Source: a virus (lineage: Duplodnaviria > Caudoviricetes). From it: a DNA stretch of 26,923 nt. The notes below the pieces were generated by a model. It had not been told where the DNA came from, searched no databases, and was given only the letters and a program-made list of their open reading frames with translations. A program made the position numbers and the translations under genes. This document shows, piece after piece, positions 23,743 to 26,923 of the stretch (the stretch's first letter is position 1; every line of letters begins with the position of its first letter). The DNA lies in IMG/VR virus record IMGVR_UViG_3300032321_000401, positions 1 to 26,923 of that record; one strand, written 5' to 3'.

Positions 23743-24363
23743 ATGAGCGATATAGCAATTACCGAACTACCCATTGCAACTACCGCCGCAAGTACGGATA
23801 TATTCCCTGTTGTGCAAAGCGAAGTTACACGACAAATAACTCTTGCGTTAATGTTTACTTCACCTACATTAACAAACGCTGTTTTAATTACTCCTGCGTT
23901 AGGCACACCTACAAGCGGTGACCTAAGTAACTGTACAGGTAGCCCCGTGTTAACGGCGCCCTCGCTTGGTAACGCAACGGCAACAACCATTACATCTACA
24001 GGCAATGTTTTAATCTCTGCTACAGGTAAGTTAGGGTATACCACAGGTTCAGCAGGCACGGTTACGCAAATAACTAGTAAAGCCACGGGCGTAACATTAA
24101 ACAAAACTAACGGTCAGATTACGCTAAACAACGCAGCTCTTGCTAGTGATACAACGGTATCGTTTACGCTTACAAGCACATCTATTGCCGCAGGCGATGT
24201 TTTAATTCTTAACCATATTAGTGGTGGTACGGCAGGGTCTTATTTGCTTAATGCTCAGTCGGCGGCTGGATCAGCAAGCATTAACGTGCGCAACATTACT
24301 GCGGCGTCATTATCAGAAGCGATTGTTATTGCATACGCAGTTATTAAAGCTACTACGGCGTAA
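23743..24363 (+). CDS. Short fibre/spike protein, 206 aa
   Basis: N-terminal AITELP...FPVVQ segment like the long fibre; SPTLT/TPALG shaft repeats; tip domain shared with 22375-22791. Confidence 0.75.
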   Translation: MSDIAITELPIATTAASTDIFPVVQSEVTRQITLALMFTSPTLTNAVLITPALGTPTSGDLSNCTGSPVLTAPSLGNATATTITSTGNVLISATGKLGYTTGSAGTVTQITSKATGVTLNKTNGQITLNNAALASDTTVSFTLTSTSIAAGDVLILNHISGGTAGSYLLNAQSAAGSASINVRNITAASLSEAIVIAYAVIKATTA

Positions 24364-24365
24364 GT

Positions 24366-25973
24366 ATGAAAAGCCCTATTTTAGGACAAGCGTATGTAGC
24401 TAGGTCAATCAATGCGGCAGATAACCGCATGATTAACTTATTTCCTGAAGCGACACCACCAGGGAGTAAAGACACAGGCTTTTTAAATAGAGCGCCAGGT
24501 CTTAAAAAATTACTTACCCTTGGCGAAGGCCCTATCCGTGCTGAATGGACAAGCCAATCAAGCACCACCGAAGCGTTCGTTGTTTCAGGCGATCAGTTTT
24601 ATAGGATAGATACTAACTACAATGTCAGACTGTTAGGTACTGTGACGGGTACTGGCCCTGTGTCGATAGCAGACAACGGCACGCAATTAATGTTAGCGTG
24701 TGACCCAGACGGTTTTATCTACAATAAGTCTACGGGCGTATTTCAACAAATTACCGACCCTGATTTTGCAGGCGCGGTTACTGTTGGCTACATTGACGGT
24801 TATTTTGTATTTAACCAACCTGACTCACAAATTATATGGGTTTGTGATTTACTTGATGGTCTATCTATTAGTCCGTTAAATTTTGCTAGTGCTGAAGCCG
24901 CGCCTGATACGCTTGCAGCTTTAGCAGTTAATAATCGTGAGATATGGTTGTTTGGTACAAACTCAACTGAAGTTTGGTATGACGCTGCAACTGCGGGTTT
25001 TCCCTTAGCACCAATACAAGGTACATTTAACGAAGTTGGTTGTTTAGCCAAATATTCTGTTGCCAAGCTAGATAACAGCTTGTTTTGGTTAGGCGCTGAC
25101 TCACGGGGTTTTGGTATGATTTATCGTAACCAAGGTTACACGGCTATTAGGGTTTCTACCCATGCCATTGAATACGCCATACAAAATTACCCTGTGTTAA
25201 CTGACGCTATTGCGTACACGTATCAACAAGAAGGACATTCGTTTTACGTGTTAACTTTTCCGACAGTTGGTAAAACATGGGTATATGACGTCGCTACACA
25301 AATGTGGCATGAGCGTGCAGGGTTCTATAACGGTGAATTCACTCGTCATCGTTCTAACTGTCAGATGAATTTTAACCACGAAATTATTGTGGGCGATTAC
25401 GAAAACGGTAATATCTACGCTTTAGATTTAGATGTTTATGACGATAGCGTTGGGGTACAGAAATGGTTACGCTCATGGCGCGCTTTACCAACTGACGCTA
25501 ATAACCTTAATCGTACCGCCCAGCACACGTTGCAACTTGATGCTGAGACAGGCGTAGGGCTTAACTTATATCCTGAAAATACAACGTCTGAGTATATTAC
25601 AACCCAAACAGCGCTTCGGATTGCTACGTCGCCTACAGGGTATTTACTTACCGAAGCCAGCGACGAGTTAGTTACTGAGAGCGAGGACACAATTGGGTTA
25701 GATTACAACTTACTTGTTACCAATGTTCACCCAGCAGCGCCTGGCTACATTCCTCAAGTCATGTTGCGTTGGTCTGACGATGGTGGTCACACATGGTCTA
25801 ACGAACATTGGACATCAATGGGCAAGTTAGGTGAATACGCTACTCGTACGTTTTGGCGTCGTCTTGGCATGACAGTTAAGTTGCGTGACCGCGTGTACGA
25901 GATATCGGGTACGGATCCAGTTAAGATTGCAATTATGGCAGCAGAGCTACACTTATCGCCGACAAGATCATGA
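24366..25973 (+). CDS. Tail hub / DNA stabilisation protein, P22 gp10-like
   Basis: RMINLFPE, SIADNG, DGYFVF, RVSTHAIE, YQQEGHSFY, WSDDGGHTWS, GEYATRTFWRRLG motifs. Confidence 0.9.
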   Translation: MKSPILGQAYVARSINAADNRMINLFPEATPPGSKDTGFLNRAPGLKKLLTLGEGPIRAEWTSQSSTTEAFVVSGDQFYRIDTNYNVRLLGTVTGTGPVSIADNGTQLMLACDPDGFIYNKSTGVFQQITDPDFAGAVTVGYIDGYFVFNQPDSQIIWVCDLLDGLSISPLNFASAEAAPDTLAALAVNNREIWLFGTNSTEVWYDAATAGFPLAPIQGTFNEVGCLAKYSVAKLDNSLFWLGADSRGFGMIYRNQGYTAIRVSTHAIEYAIQNYPVLTDAIAYTYQQEGHSFYVLTFPTVGKTWVYDVATQMWHERAGFYNGEFTRHRSNCQMNFNHEIIVGDYENGNIYALDLDVYDDSVGVQKWLRSWRALPTDANNLNRTAQHTLQLDAETGVGLNLYPENTTSEYITTQTALRIATSPTGYLLTEASDELVTESEDTIGLDYNLLVTNVHPAAPGYIPQVMLRWSDDGGHTWSNEHWTSMGKLGEYATRTFWRRLGMTVKLRDRVYEISGTDPVKIAIMAAELHLSPTRS

Positions 25974-26167
25974 CAGAAAACATAACCCAAATCCCTTCAT
26001 CTAAGGTTCCTGTGTTGCAACAGGATACGGGATTGATGTCAACACAATGGTATAGATTCTTTTTTAACATCTATACGTTGACAAACAATGGTGTATCAGG
26101 TAGTTTTACTACAGCAGATGGTAAAACAGTTACAGTCACTAACGGCATTATTACGGCAATTGTATGA
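25970..26167 (+). CDS. Very short tail needle/plug candidate (gp26 position), 65 aa
   Basis: ATGA-coupled to the gp10-like gene; TGLMSTQWYRFF helix; C-terminal GSFTTADGKTVTVTNGIITAI. Confidence 0.6.
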   Translation: MTENITQIPSSKVPVLQQDTGLMSTQWYRFFFNIYTLTNNGVSGSFTTADGKTVTVTNGIITAIV

Positions 26168-26640
26168 ACATTGAAATGAACGTCACTTACGGAAAAGGGT
26201 TTTTGCCTGAAATGCCTTTTAATTTAAGGGATAAGGTAGAAACTTTACAAGCCGAAGTATCTAAATTACCGCAATACGAACCTAAAACAACACATACGTT
26301 TCACGCAGGAATGTATTGTCGTGAAGTATGGCGCGCAGCAGGTGTTTTAGTTGTAGGAAAAGTTCATAAAAAAGAACATTTTTATTTAATTGTATCAGGC
26401 ACCGTAGCCATAACAACCGATGATGGGGTACAATCAATTACTGGGCCACATTTACTGTGTAGTAAACCTGGCACAAAAAGAGCCGTTTATGCCGAAACTG
26501 ATGCGTTATGTATGACTTTTCATGTTGTAAATGCTAAAACTGTTGAAGATGCCGAAATTGAATTAGTTGAAACTGATCCAAACGATATGTACGCTATCGG
26601 AAATATTGTTAAAAATAAACAAATAGAGGTGACCTTATGA
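26164..26640 (+). CDS. Cupin-like protein, 158 aa
   Basis: HTFHAGMYCRE...GKVHKKEH...SG...PGTKRAVY...TFH pattern. Confidence 0.68.
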   Translation: MNIEMNVTYGKGFLPEMPFNLRDKVETLQAEVSKLPQYEPKTTHTFHAGMYCREVWRAAGVLVVGKVHKKEHFYLIVSGTVAITTDDGVQSITGPHLLCSKPGTKRAVYAETDALCMTFHVVNAKTVEDAEIELVETDPNDMYAIGNIVKNKQIEVTL

Positions 26641-26923
26641 GTTTTTGGGTAGCGGGGGCTGTCGTAGGCAGCGCAGTAATTGGCGGTATAGCAAGTAGCA
26701 ACGCTGCTAGTAAACAAGCGGGCGCGTCTGAAGCTGCTACGGCGGCTCAACGCGACGCGTTAGCTAAACAAACTGAGCTTAACAGACCATTTTATGAAGC
26801 TGGTCTTCCTGCGTTAAATAGATTACAAACGCAACAAGACTATACACCTGAGTCTTTTAACTATCAAGAAGACCCAGGCTATGCGTTTCGATTTAACGAA
26901 GGCATGAAAGGTTTAAACGCTAG
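26637..26923 (+). CDS. DNA ejection/pilot protein (P22 gp7-like), 5' part, runs off the window
   Basis: MSFWVAGAVVGSAVIGGIASSNAASKQA...PFYEAGLPALNRL...DPGYAFRFNEG; GAGGTG RBS; no stop before the window end. Confidence 0.8.
   Translation, partial: MSFWVAGAVVGSAVIGGIASSNAASKQAGASEAATAAQRDALAKQTELNRPFYEAGLPALNRLQTQQDYTPESFNYQEDPGYAFRFNEGMKGLNA

Larger units (their letters stand above)
1..26923. mobile_element. Tailed dsDNA bacteriophage genome segment, P22/APSE-like virion module
   Basis: Terminase, P22-type portal, coat, gp4/gp10-like tail genes, phage PolA and primase-helicase; dense gene packing with TAATG/ATGA overlaps; no host housekeeping genes. Confidence 0.97.

Overview
The whole window is part of a tailed dsDNA phage genome with P22/APSE-like (podovirus-type) virion genes. 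No host genes, integrase, tRNA, rRNA or CRISPR array were seen. From left to right: (1) a rightward replication module (putative SSB, family A DNA polymerase with Leu762, RepB-like primase fused to an SF3-type helicase) ending in a bidirectional terminator; (2) a leftward, translationally coupled early operon of 12 small ORFs under a near-consensus sigma70 promoter with a palindromic operator, including a truncated beta-clamp homologue that keeps the partner-binding pocket, several very acidic proteins and two hydrophobic micropeptides; (3) a ~550 bp non-coding region with about 16 TTGTCCA-type repeats in both orientations and a G-tract (candidate origin and/or genome terminus); (4) a rightward late region: terminase, three basic small proteins, portal, Dps-like protein, a modular fibre cluster, scaffold, a free-standing HNH nuclease, coat, decoration-like proteins, gp4/gp10/gp26-like tail parts, a cupin and the start of an ejection protein. 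Strongest leads: the pocket-only beta-clamp decoy, apparent total absence of CCGG, the repeat array, the signal-less protein ending in an OMP-like motif, and unusual codons at the coat 5' end next to the HNH gene. All family calls come from motif recognition by eye, not from database searches.
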